This document shows, piece after piece, positions 27,248-36,224 of a stretch of DNA of 64,000 bases (within the stretch, counting starts at the first letter, position 1; every line of letters begins with the position of its first letter). The DNA comes from a virus. Below the pieces are notes generated by a model that did not search any database, was not told the origin of the DNA, and saw only the letters and a list, made by a program, of their open reading frames with translations. The stretch is from positions 1 to 64,000 of the IMG/VR virus record IMGVR_UViG_3300027741_000025; one strand, 5' to 3'. The translations under genes were made by a program, and so were the position numbers.

Positions 27248-29011
27248 ATGGACTTTAAAGAGTATTATTTAAAACATTACGATCCCAAGTACTTTACCTT
27301 AAGTAATTATGAGTTCGCCATAGATCCAACAGAAACAATGGATGAGGTAAATTCATATGATATGGACAGACAAAAAAAAGAAATTGTTAAATGTGTCAAT
27401 AGTTTTGAGTATTTTTGTCACAAGTATATTAAAATCCTTCATCCTGTTAAGGGATTGATACCATTCGTTCCTTTTAACTATCAAAGAAAAGTAATAAGTG
27501 ATTACGAAAAGAACAGATTTAATATAATTTCTAAGTTTAGACAGGGCGGTCTTACCACAGTCACTCTTCTTTGGGGTTTGTGGAGATGTATGTTTAAATT
27601 GGATCAACAAATAATGTTGATATCTAAAACAGACAGAGAAGCCACAGACACAGGAGCTATAATAGACAGAGCGGTAGAGCACTTGCCTTCTTGGCTTATT
27701 CCAAAAAAAGACAAGAAGTGGAATGATCATTTAAAAGAATTTTCTGACACTGGGGGCGCCTTGAAATTCTATTCACCAGAAGCTTCCCGTGGTAAAAGCG
27801 TTACATTTTTAATAATAGACGAAGCTGCATTCATACCCGATATGGATAAACATTGGAAAGCTATGTGGCCAGTCTTGAGCACAGGTGGCAGCTGTGTTTT
27901 GATATCCACGGTTAACGGTATGGGAAACTGGTATGAACAAACATATAATGATGCAAGAGAAAAAAGAAATATGTTTAACGTCATAGATCTGGACTATTGG
28001 GAGCACCCAGAATATAACAACGAAAAGTGGATCGATGAACAAAAACGTCAGTTGGGAGAAAAAGGGTTTCTGCAAGAAGTTTTAAGAGAGTTCTTAGGCT
28101 CTGGCGAAACTTATATACCCTCTAATATAATAAGAGAATTGACTGAATATACAGAAAAAATGCCTCCCATCAAAAAACTTTTTCCTAAGTGGACAAATAA
28201 AAGCGGCAGAGCAGCACAGTTAGAAACCGACGAAAGCAACAAAGGTGCTTTGTGGATTTGGAAAGAACCAAATGAAAGTAGAGAATACATAATAGGTGTT
28301 GACTGTGCTGATGGCATGGGAGAGGATGCAGACAACAATTGTTTCCAGATTCTTGATATGGAAACACTTGAACAAGTTGCTGAGTTCTATAGTAATTTAA
28401 TAGCTCCGCATTTATTTGCACAAATAATAAAAGAAGTGGGTGTATATTACAATACAGCTTTAGTAGTGGTTGAAAACATGGCTGCCGGCGGAGCCGTCTT
28501 AAGTTCTCTGCAGAACACGCTGTTTTATGAAAATATATTTTTTGAAACTAAGAAGAGTGGGGCGCAAACAATAGGTTTTAAGGTAAATAGAATAAATAGA
28601 CCAATGCTACTGGAGGCTATGCAAAGTAGAATTCTTAGCAAATCAATTAGGATAAATAGTGCCCGTCTAACTTCTGAGTTGCAAACATTTGAATATAACC
28701 CAGTTACTAAAAGAGCCGAGGCTCAAAAAAGAAAGCATGACGATGCAATCTCAGCTTTATGTTTATCTTTGTACGTCAGAAACCAGATGATTCAAGACTT
28801 ACCAGTTGGAGCTTCTGCTCCCCAGGAAGCGACAAGTATTTTAAGCAGTGACGTTTGTCAAGAAATTAAAAGAGAGCTTTTTGATTCAAGATATGAAGAT
28901 TTTATTGAAGAAGAAATAAGCACAAGTTCCTCTATTAGTGAAGAGCAACAAGAGCTTCTTTTTAATTTATATAGAAAAAATAATAAAATATTAAAAGAGT
29001 TTGGATGGTAA
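27248..29011 (+). CDS. gp17: Terminase large subunit, T4 gp17-like
   Basis: YQ motif, KFRQGGLTT, LIIDEAAF, ISTVNG, QE...F.GS, IGVD, VVEN, HDD. Confidence 0.95.
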   Translation: MDFKEYYLKHYDPKYFTLSNYEFAIDPTETMDEVNSYDMDRQKKEIVKCVNSFEYFCHKYIKILHPVKGLIPFVPFNYQRKVISDYEKNRFNIISKFRQGGLTTVTLLWGLWRCMFKLDQQIMLISKTDREATDTGAIIDRAVEHLPSWLIPKKDKKWNDHLKEFSDTGGALKFYSPEASRGKSVTFLIIDEAAFIPDMDKHWKAMWPVLSTGGSCVLISTVNGMGNWYEQTYNDAREKRNMFNVIDLDYWEHPEYNNEKWIDEQKRQLGEKGFLQEVLREFLGSGETYIPSNIIRELTEYTEKMPPIKKLFPKWTNKSGRAAQLETDESNKGALWIWKEPNESREYIIGVDCADGMGEDADNNCFQILDMETLEQVAEFYSNLIAPHLFAQIIKEVGVYYNTALVVVENMAAGGAVLSSLQNTLFYENIFFETKKSGAQTIGFKVNRINRPMLLEAMQSRILSKSIRINSARLTSELQTFEYNPVTKRAEAQKRKHDDAISALCLSLYVRNQMIQDLPVGASAPQEATSILSSDVCQEIKRELFDSRYEDFIEEEISTSSSISEEQQELLFNLYRKNNKILKEFGW

Positions 29012-29014
29012 ATT

Positions 29015-29290
29015 GTGAAACATAACTATGAGACGGTTGTAAACTATTTAGAATTAGCTTATAAGAATTGTGATTCTTCAAATGAATCGGCAGATCTTAA
29101 AAGCATAATTTCTCAGCTTATAAATGGTTTTAATAAACTCATAATTAAAAATAAAAAAAGAAATAATAGCAGATTAGGTGAAGCCAAATCAGCCAAATAT
29201 GCATATCCATTAGAAACTCTCCAGATTCTAGAGGGATTGATTGAAAAAGAAAGAGAAAAGGGAAAATCAAATGAGACTATTGACAATTGA
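29015..29290 (+). CDS. Hypothetical protein
   Basis: GTG start 3 nt after the terminase stop. Confidence 0.6.
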   Translation: MKHNYETVVNYLELAYKNCDSSNESADLKSIISQLINGFNKLIIKNKKRNNSRLGEAKSAKYAYPLETLQILEGLIEKEREKGKSNETIDN

Positions 29291-29759
29291 AAATATAAAA
29301 TTATTTGATAAAAACAATTACATAAAATACGAGCAAAGCAACTTAAAAAACACACTACATCAATCGGGTGAGTTTTATATTTTGAGTTGTCTTTTTGGAA
29401 ACACAACAAGAGCAGATTTTTATTATGCCGGACTTGACAATAGAACTACATTAAGCACATCTGATGTTATGTCTTCTCTTGTGAACGAGCCCTCTGCAAA
29501 CGGTTACAGCAGACAAAAAATAACTTCTTGGTCTACACCAACCATTTCCAATTCTGTTTATGTTGTAAAAAGTGGCAATATAACTTTTAATGCATCAACT
29601 GGAGTAAGCCCAGCATGGGGACCAGTCAAAAATATATTTCTAACTGCTAAACAGAGTGGTATTGAATATTTAATTTCTTCTGTTAAATTAAATCAAGTAT
29701 TAACAATGGCTGCTGGAGATTCTATTGTTTTGGTTGTGAATCTTTCTCTAAGTAATTAA
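29271..29759 (+). CDS. Putative virion structural protein
   Basis: Y.GL..EPS..GYSRQ..ITF.A...WG.V pattern common in phage tail-associated proteins. Confidence 0.6.
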   Translation: MRLLTIENIKLFDKNNYIKYEQSNLKNTLHQSGEFYILSCLFGNTTRADFYYAGLDNRTTLSTSDVMSSLVNEPSANGYSRQKITSWSTPTISNSVYVVKSGNITFNASTGVSPAWGPVKNIFLTAKQSGIEYLISSVKLNQVLTMAAGDSIVLVVNLSLSN

Positions 29760-30200
29760 AGATTCGTTTAAATTTTCTATTTTTTGAATTTCTATACTAT
29801 GGATTATATTGATATAATCTGAAATTTCATATACTTTAAAATTAATCCATTCTGCTCCGCCATCTTTTATATCCAATAATAATTTCGAACAAGGTATGTA
29901 ATCTTTTTTTTTCTTAAAAAACTTTTTTATTTTTGTAGGCAAGATATTATCGCCTTCTCTAGCCAGGTATATCTTATAGCCATCGTCTGTTACATCTATT
30001 CCTTTTGATTGATTTTTATCATCATTTGCAATAATGTATTTACAAAAAACTTCTATTGCAGGCTCAGATGTCTCACTCTTGTCATAAAACCAAACGGGCA
30101 CACTAACACCCACAACCTCTATTTGTTTTCCTTCATAAATATCGTATCTTTGTTCTCTTGTTAAAAAAACATTGTGAGAAACGCACAGTATAGAATTCAT
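29748..30200 (-). CDS. Hypothetical protein
   Basis: 150-aa ORF. Confidence 0.65.
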   Translation of the reverse strand: MNSILCVSHNVFLTREQRYDIYEGKQIEVVGVSVPVWFYDKSETSEPAIEVFCKYIIANDDKNQSKGIDVTDDGYKIYLAREGDNILPTKIKKFFKKKKDYIPCSKLLLDIKDGGAEWINFKVYEISDYINIIHSIEIQKIENLNESLIT

Positions 30201-30244
30201 AACATTATATGAGTAATATTTTTAGCAAAACTAATAAATACATT

Positions 30245-31123
30245 ATGGTTAAATATTTGTGTTTTTTCTTTTTGTTATTGTGTTTTACATCTTCGGCTTT
30301 TGCCCAAAGAATTAAACACCCAATGGATAATATGCCATTGGTCCCCACTGTTCCTCTGACGGGGGAAAACGATCTTTATGGAATGCCAATAGAAGAAAGA
30401 GGCGAAGAATACAAAAAGTTTTTATCTCCTTCTTTAAAAATTATGGTAAATGGAGCAAGCGGTTCTGGGACAATAATTTATTATGATAAAAAAGATAATA
30501 CAGCTTATGTGGCAACGTGTGGACACCTTTGGAATCCTGGTGTCTTGAATTATGAGCAAGCAAAAATCAAAAAGCTAAAATGCAAGGTTCTAACTTGGTT
30601 TCATAATAATAAGAAGTTAGATGAAACAAAAACATACGATGCAAGCGTTTTATTTTACAGTTATGTTGAAGGTTGTGATACAGCTCTAATAAAGTTTACG
30701 CCCGACTGGGTCCCTGATTATTTCCCAATAGCTCAAAAAGACTACCCTTATGTTAAAGGCACAATAGCTCATTCTATGGGTTGCGACGGAGGAAACGAAG
30801 TGGCTCATTATAAAGTAGAGATAGTAGGGTTAAGAAATAGAGGGGATTTAGTAACCATTCAAAACAGCCCAAGACCCGGCAGATCCGGCGGCGGTCTTGT
30901 CGATGATAACTTTTTCTATATAGGAACTTGTTGGGGAACTACAGCATTCGATGGTGGAGGACAAGGATTTTTTACATCATTACCTGTTATTCATGATTTT
31001 TGGAATAAGAATGGTTTCGACTGGCTTCTTAAAATTAAAAAACAAAAAGTAATTATTTTAAATAGAAATACAAATAAAAAAGAAATAATTGAAGGAGATT
31101 ATATTCTGATGCCATCTCTCTAA
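30245..31123 (+). CDS. Exported trypsin-like serine protease
   Basis: Signal peptide ending AFA; GSGTII, TCGH, D.ALI, PGRSGGGL. Confidence 0.9.
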   Translation: MVKYLCFFFLLLCFTSSAFAQRIKHPMDNMPLVPTVPLTGENDLYGMPIEERGEEYKKFLSPSLKIMVNGASGSGTIIYYDKKDNTAYVATCGHLWNPGVLNYEQAKIKKLKCKVLTWFHNNKKLDETKTYDASVLFYSYVEGCDTALIKFTPDWVPDYFPIAQKDYPYVKGTIAHSMGCDGGNEVAHYKVEIVGLRNRGDLVTIQNSPRPGRSGGGLVDDNFFYIGTCWGTTAFDGGGQGFFTSLPVIHDFWNKNGFDWLLKIKKQKVIILNRNTNKKEIIEGDYILMPSL

Positions 31124-31875
31124 GTCAATGAGTAGAATGGGCATAATTTACGAAAATCGCAGCGCCTGCAGTGATCCCCGGTCCTTCCGAAAACATTTTC
31201 CGGATCCTTAGCTTGAATATCATTGTATATACTCAATAGCATTTTCTCCACTCCATCAAGCATAGATTGATTGAATTTAGTTGGTATTAAATCTCCGCCA
31301 TCCAAATAATAAAGAGCAGCCCTTATATTTTCTGCTTTTATTCCAAAAAGCTTTTGTACAACTTTTGCATAGCACAACATCTGTGTATCTTGACGTATTG
31401 TTTGAGGAGTTTTCCTCCACCTACCCTTCTTCGTAGTCTTATAGTCTATTATAAAGCACATATCATCTTTGATTATCAATCGATCTATAACACCTGTTAA
31501 ATATTTCTCATGCGGAGGATCTAAATCATATTTAAAAAAATATTCTGTTTCTCCATCAAAGCCTACTCTATCGCTTAATTTTTTAATATTTGTTATATGT
31601 TCATTTAATTTATTTTTGTATTCAGATGTTAATTCTACCTTCTTATCCTCTAGCATCAGTTCACCTTTTAAATACGGCTGAAGAAATTTATTTATTTCTA
31701 TTTCACCTTTATTCTTGACATACTCCTCTGCCACTTTATGAACAAGTTTTCCGTAAAGAAAATACTCAGGCTCAGGCTCTTGAGATGATAGTTTTAAATG
31801 ATATTTGTATTTATATGCCTGGTTGCATTGATCCCAAAGTTGTTTTCTACTGACTGATAAATGTTCTATTTTCAT
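31120..31875 (-). CDS. Cas4/RecB-like PD-(D/E)XK exonuclease
   Basis: S.S....C, G..VH, GVIDR, IIDYKT, Q...Y, C..C.....C. Confidence 0.9.
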   Translation of the reverse strand: MKIEHLSVSRKQLWDQCNQAYKYKYHLKLSSQEPEPEYFLYGKLVHKVAEEYVKNKGEIEINKFLQPYLKGELMLEDKKVELTSEYKNKLNEHITNIKKLSDRVGFDGETEYFFKYDLDPPHEKYLTGVIDRLIIKDDMCFIIDYKTTKKGRWRKTPQTIRQDTQMLCYAKVVQKLFGIKAENIRAALYYLDGGDLIPTKFNQSMLDGVEKMLLSIYNDIQAKDPENVFGRTGDHCRRCDFRKLCPFYSLT

Positions 31876-31896
31876 AAACTATAGGAGTAAATCGAA

Positions 31897-31925
31897 TTGC
31901 AAAAAAGAACAAAAATCGATATAAT
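31897..31925 (+). promoter_or_regulatory. Sigma70 promoter of primase (probably leaderless)
   Basis: TTGCAA-N17-TATAAT, ATG 6 nt downstream. Confidence 0.75.
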
Positions 31926-31931
31926 TTGAAC

Positions 31932-32990
31932 ATGGGAATCTTTGAGAACTTCCAAAAATGGGCAGAAGATCGCTTTGACGGAGATGTAGTCGTCAAGGGA
32001 AACGAGATTGTATTAAACTCTATATTTGCAGATGATACAAAATACCATCTATGGTGTAGCCCATCAGGCGGCAAAACAGAAAGAAAAAATGGTGTTTTTC
32101 ATTGCTTCAAAACAGATAAAAAAGGCTCCCTTCCGAAATTAATACAAATTGTAGATAAGTGTAGCTTTGAAAAAGCCATATGCGTTCTACATGGTAGATC
32201 AACAATATCAGAATTAGAAGAAAAGCTTTTTGAGTTTTTTGAAAACATAGATGAAAATCAAGATGTAAAAATAAGCAAGCCCGAAAAAGTCCAACTATCT
32301 TTGCCAGAAGGAAGCTGTCTAATAAGCTCTTTGCCAAAGAATAATTTTTGGAGAAATTTAGCTTCTGAATATCTTGCTAAAAGAAAAATACCTACGGATG
32401 GATTGTATATCTGCAAGACAGCCCCTTATAAAGCAAGAATAATAATTCCATATTATGATTCTTCTGGAGATCTTTTTTATTGGAACGGTAGACATGTTGG
32501 TAATTCAAGAATTAGATACTTAGGTCCACCTAAAGAAGTTGGAGTCGGCAAGTCTGACGTTTTATTTTTCGCAGGAGGAAACTGGGCTGAGAAAAATGAA
32601 GAAATATATCTTTGTGAAGGAGAGTTTGACGCACTTAGTCTCTTCTACAGTGGGCTAAACGGGGTTGCTTGCGGCGGCAAAAACCTAAGTGAAAAACAAA
32701 TGAATTTAATAAAAGATTACAAGATAGTTATATGTCTTGATAATGACAAGGCTGGTCTGGGAGGCATGACCACAATGACAGACATGATTAACAAAAACAT
32801 TGAGTCAAAAAACTTAAAAGAACGATTAATGTTCGTTAGTCCTCATAAGTCCTATAAAGACTGGAACGAAATGTTTGTAAAAGAAGGTCCATCTGTCATG
32901 AAAAACTATGCACTAGCCACAAGAAAAAATTTAGATTTCCAAGCTCCTATGGGTATGGGTGGAGACTATTTTAGAATAAAGGGAATGTGA
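31932..32990 (+). CDS. DNA primase (DnaG/TOPRIM)
   Basis: FHCF, YL..R, RIIIP, GR, CEGEFDA, LDND.AG, KDWNE. Confidence 0.92.
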   Translation: MGIFENFQKWAEDRFDGDVVVKGNEIVLNSIFADDTKYHLWCSPSGGKTERKNGVFHCFKTDKKGSLPKLIQIVDKCSFEKAICVLHGRSTISELEEKLFEFFENIDENQDVKISKPEKVQLSLPEGSCLISSLPKNNFWRNLASEYLAKRKIPTDGLYICKTAPYKARIIIPYYDSSGDLFYWNGRHVGNSRIRYLGPPKEVGVGKSDVLFFAGGNWAEKNEEIYLCEGEFDALSLFYSGLNGVACGGKNLSEKQMNLIKDYKIVICLDNDKAGLGGMTTMTDMINKNIESKNLKERLMFVSPHKSYKDWNEMFVKEGPSVMKNYALATRKNLDFQAPMGMGGDYFRIKGM

Positions 32991-34123
32991 TCAACTACCC
33001 AGCCCCTAAAGGACTGGGTTTGTGATTTAACCTTATGGTTATCCACAATAGGCTTGTTGATAGAAGCCCTTGAAATATTAATTGCAGCATTGAGATCAGC
33101 ATTATTTTCATAATCGCAAGACAAACACTTGAATTCACTTTGATTTAAGCGATTATCTTCATGGCAATGACCACATTTGCTGCATGTTTGACTTGTATAA
33201 GCAGGTTTAATGTAAATGACAGGAATGCCAAGCAACTTGGCTTTGTAGTCAATAAAACTACGCAATTGAAAGAAAGCCCACTTGCCTATTCTTGCATTAT
33301 TGTCTTTCCACTTCTTGGTGTAACCTTTGCTCTTAACCTTTTTCTTAAAGTTCAAATCTTCTAATTTGATTCCAACCTTAAGTGCATTTGCTTTTTGCAC
33401 CAATTTCTTGCTTATACAGTGATTGACATCTTTCTTGTAATTCGCCTCCCTTTTACTTAATCTTTTTAGTTTGTATTTTGCCGATACTGATTTTTTGCTT
33501 TGCAACTCAGCCTTTAATTTTGTGATTTTCTTTCTGTATTCTTCAACTTTTTCTCCACTAAAAACTTCGCCATCGCTTGTGGTTGCCAAATTAACTACAC
33601 CCAAATCAACGCCAATAAATTTTTCAGTGTCATATGGAGCAAGTTCAGTTTTATCATAAAAGAAACTTACATAGAACCTGTTTGTTGGTTTGTCAAAGTT
33701 TAATTCGCTTTGACAACAAAGATCATAATCTTTGAGTGGTTTATGGTATTTGTATTTAATGCTTATCCTTTTGCCAAGAGTTGCCAAGGATATTACATTG
33801 TCTTTTTTGATTGAAAGGTTTCTTGTGTCGTAATCGATACTGCCCATTTCTTTAAAGTTAACAATACCAATTCTTTGTTTCTTGTTTTTATAAACATCAA
33901 CCACTTTGCCAATTGCTCTTATTGCCAATTGGCTTGAGAGGTTGTATTTCTGCTTGATTTCGTAGTAGACAAGTTTGTGTAAATTGACTTGTCCGAAAGT
34001 TTTGTTTTCAAATGCGACCCTTGAAACATAGTTGGCGGCACGGTTGAAAGCAATCATTGTTTGAGTTAATTGCTCTTTTTCCTTTTGGTTGACCACCAAT
34101 TTGACTTTTGTCGCAAGTTTCAT
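32966..34123 (-). CDS. tnpB: RNA-guided endonuclease TnpB
   Basis: GVDLG, LEDL, YTSQTCSKCG..F.C..C, NAD.NAA.NI; RuvC D-E-D intact. Confidence 0.95.
   Translation of the reverse strand: MKLATKVKLVVNQKEKEQLTQTMIAFNRAANYVSRVAFENKTFGQVNLHKLVYYEIKQKYNLSSQLAIRAIGKVVDVYKNKKQRIGIVNFKEMGSIDYDTRNLSIKKDNVISLATLGKRISIKYKYHKPLKDYDLCCQSELNFDKPTNRFYVSFFYDKTELAPYDTEKFIGVDLGVVNLATTSDGEVFSGEKVEEYRKKITKLKAELQSKKSVSAKYKLKRLSKREANYKKDVNHCISKKLVQKANALKVGIKLEDLNFKKKVKSKGYTKKWKDNNARIGKWAFFQLRSFIDYKAKLLGIPVIYIKPAYTSQTCSKCGHCHEDNRLNQSEFKCLSCDYENNADLNAAINISRASINKPIVDNHKVKSQTQSFRGWVVDHIPFILK
32967..33150 (-). ncRNA. Putative omega/reRNA overlapping the tnpB 3' end, guide from the flank
   Basis: Expected from known TnpB biology; right-end hairpin seen; 5' boundary is a guess. 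Confidence 0.55.
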
Positions 34124-34248
34124 ATTTTCATATACCTTCAATAGGTATGTATGCACTTATTTTAAAATTTTCCTTGACTTTTTAGGAAATTTTCCTATAC
34201 TAAACGGCAATTCCTCCCACCCGCTAAAGCAAGTGGGTTTCCTTGCCG
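32987..34248 (-). mobile_element. tnpB-only IS200/IS605-family (IS1341-like) element
   Basis: Left-end hairpin 34205-34248; right-end hairpin ~32997-33020 ending GGGTAGTTGATCAC; GTGA at both junctions. Confidence 0.85.
34174..34201 (+). promoter_or_regulatory. Outward-facing sigma70-like promoter inside the IS left end
   Basis: TTGACT-N16-TATACT. Confidence 0.55.
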
Positions 34249-34255
34249 GTGACAT

Positions 34256-34615
34256 ATGAATCCAAATTTAGAAAAATTCAAATATTTTATTGGCAAGCCA
34301 ATAACAGTTTTTACTGTGCACACAGGTAGAAACTTCACAGAAACTCAGTTTAATGACTACTTCACAGGTGTTTGCCAAGCTGTGCACATAGATACGATAG
34401 AAACACTACATCCTATTACAAATTGTAAAAATCTTTTCTTTTTCAACAACATTGTTGGAATTTGTGAAGAACAACAGTTAGACCCAGAGAATCCAGAACA
34501 TCAAGAAATTATAAATGAAATAAAAAGAGAAGTACCAGTAGAGCAAAATGATTTACAGCCGAATAATTCTGTAAACATAGATATAGATCTATTGAACAAG
34601 ATAATAGCTAAGTGA
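34256..34615 (+). CDS. Hypothetical protein (possibly Sm/SH3-like)
   Basis: ORF that would follow primase by 3 nt in the empty site. Confidence 0.7.
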   Translation: MNPNLEKFKYFIGKPITVFTVHTGRNFTETQFNDYFTGVCQAVHIDTIETLHPITNCKNLFFFNNIVGICEEQQLDPENPEHQEIINEIKREVPVEQNDLQPNNSVNIDIDLLNKIIAK

Positions 34616-34630
34616 ATATTGACCAAAAAT

Positions 34631-35734
34631 TCAAGTATCCTCTTCATCGTCATTCAACACACCTTTTCCACCCGCACTTATATATGTTAGGTGTAGGTTC
34701 AAAATCTCTGCCACATGCCTAACTAAAAATCCTTCCCACTTACTTTTGGAGCCTTCCACCTTAGAAACTTCGCTGGGATGAGATTTAAGTCTCTCTTCGT
34801 AATCTTTTAATATTTTTTTGAAAGATTTTTCAAAATCTATATCAAAATTAGTTTTGAATTCTTCAAAAGTTTTCCCAAATTTTTCTTCAAAAGTTCTTTC
34901 GAATTCACTTATCCTATTATCACCCTGGCTGGGCTTTTCAGCAGCCATAGCGTAATCAGGATGATCATCTTTGTTTTCACTTAATTTTTCAAAAACTTTT
35001 CTCTTTATATGGTTTATTGAATCTTTTTGTTGCCTTCCTCTTTCCGACATCTCAATAATTTCAGATATAGTTTTGGGAGCCGATGTTATTTTTTCTTTTG
35101 GTCCCCACCCATCTTTGCTCCAATAAATTTTAACTCGTGCCGGGTTGCCGCGAGTTGCCGCAACCGCTGCTCTTGACGTAGCTCCTGGAATGGCACCCAT
35201 TTGTGCAGTGTTAGTGCCCATTTGCGCAGCACCAGCATCCATTTGCGCGGTACCAGTACCAGACCCAGAAACAGACTCCTCTGATTCAGCATTGCCCTCA
35301 GCTGCACCAGAAAATTGTTTTATTATTTCCTTTTTAAATTTATCTGCCCAGCTATCTATTATTCTAAAAAGTTTTAAGTTCTTCAAATTTTCTGACTCTG
35401 TCTCAAGGTCTTCATTTAAAACAGACAATTCTGATTCAAGTTTATTGTACTGCTCTTTAATAAAATTGTATTGGGATAAAGTCAAGCGGTTAGATTCTTT
35501 TTTTACATCATCTTCGTGTCCAAGCGCTCCAAACTTATTTTTGTATACATATGGATTGTCTGGATTATTTCCACCCATCACAGTGTTGTGCCACCAATTT
35601 TTCATCCTGTCCCAAACTCTTGGCAAAACACCAGTCTGGGCGGGTTTATATCTAACAACTAGCAGGTCTTTTTTCAGTTGTGTTACAAAATCATCTACAA
35701 GTTTTGTAAGTTTATCTAATTCTACTTTTTCCAT
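34631..35734 (-). CDS. Hypothetical protein, possible internal head protein
   Basis: LNE/IKE sites; amphipathic GVLPRVWDRMKNWW; AQM heptad repeat x3. Confidence 0.7.
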   Translation of the reverse strand: MEKVELDKLTKLVDDFVTQLKKDLLVVRYKPAQTGVLPRVWDRMKNWWHNTVMGGNNPDNPYVYKNKFGALGHEDDVKKESNRLTLSQYNFIKEQYNKLESELSVLNEDLETESENLKNLKLFRIIDSWADKFKKEIIKQFSGAAEGNAESEESVSGSGTGTAQMDAGAAQMGTNTAQMGAIPGATSRAAVAATRGNPARVKIYWSKDGWGPKEKITSAPKTISEIIEMSERGRQQKDSINHIKRKVFEKLSENKDDHPDYAMAAEKPSQGDNRISEFERTFEEKFGKTFEEFKTNFDIDFEKSFKKILKDYEERLKSHPSEVSKVEGSKSKWEGFLVRHVAEILNLHLTYISAGGKGVLNDDEEDT

Positions 35735-35745
35735 GATAATATATA

Positions 35746-36198
35746 TTATACTTTATCAGAAATATATTCGTTTATTTTTTTCAGACTCATCAAGCAAGAG
35801 TCAAATCTATGGAAGTCACTTGTTAAATATTCAAAGGCAAGTTCGTCGAATTTATTATCACTTTCAACTTCAAAATAGATATATTTTCCTTTTTTACCGA
35901 GCACCTTATATTTATGCATCAATATATATGCAGCAACGCCTAAGTCAGTAGCAAATCTAATATTACCTGTTTCGTTAAAGTTATATTCTCTAATTTTCTT
36001 CAAACTCATTATGCAAGAGTCAAATCTGTGAAATTCACTGCTTAAATAATCAAGGCATATTTCATCAAATTTCTCTTCGTTCTTTTCTTCTTCTATGTCA
36101 AAAAGAACCTCTCTACCTCTTCTTCCTGCCAATTTATAATTATGCATAAGGACATAAGAAGCGGTCCCAAGATCTTCTACACTTTTTATTTTTTGCAT
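35746..36198 (-). CDS. Tandem two-domain small protein (DUF5659-like)
   Basis: DLG.A.Y.LMH.YK..G..G....F...KFDE....YL.S.FHRFDSC.MSLKKI twice. Confidence 0.75.
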   Translation of the reverse strand: MQKIKSVEDLGTASYVLMHNYKLAGRRGREVLFDIEEEKNEEKFDEICLDYLSSEFHRFDSCIMSLKKIREYNFNETGNIRFATDLGVAAYILMHKYKVLGKKGKYIYFEVESDNKFDELAFEYLTSDFHRFDSCLMSLKKINEYISDKV

Positions 36199-36224
36199 AA
36201 CTTATATTAGTTAAAAATTTAAAA

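Noticed and set aside
27248-31970. Tag-like starts on terminase (MDFKEYYLK) and primase (MGIFENFQKWAE)
   Set aside because: Weak matches on proteins not expected to be packaged; not counted in the tagged set
31120-34123. Cas4-like nuclease plus TnpB as a type V CRISPR-Cas locus
   Set aside because: No array, cas1 or cas2; TnpB has IS ends; solo Cas4-like nucleases are common in phage replication regions
35145-35951. 268-aa + strand ORF, and the 233-aa ORF at 62976..63677
   Set aside because: Fully antisense to better-supported genes; no recognisable motifs
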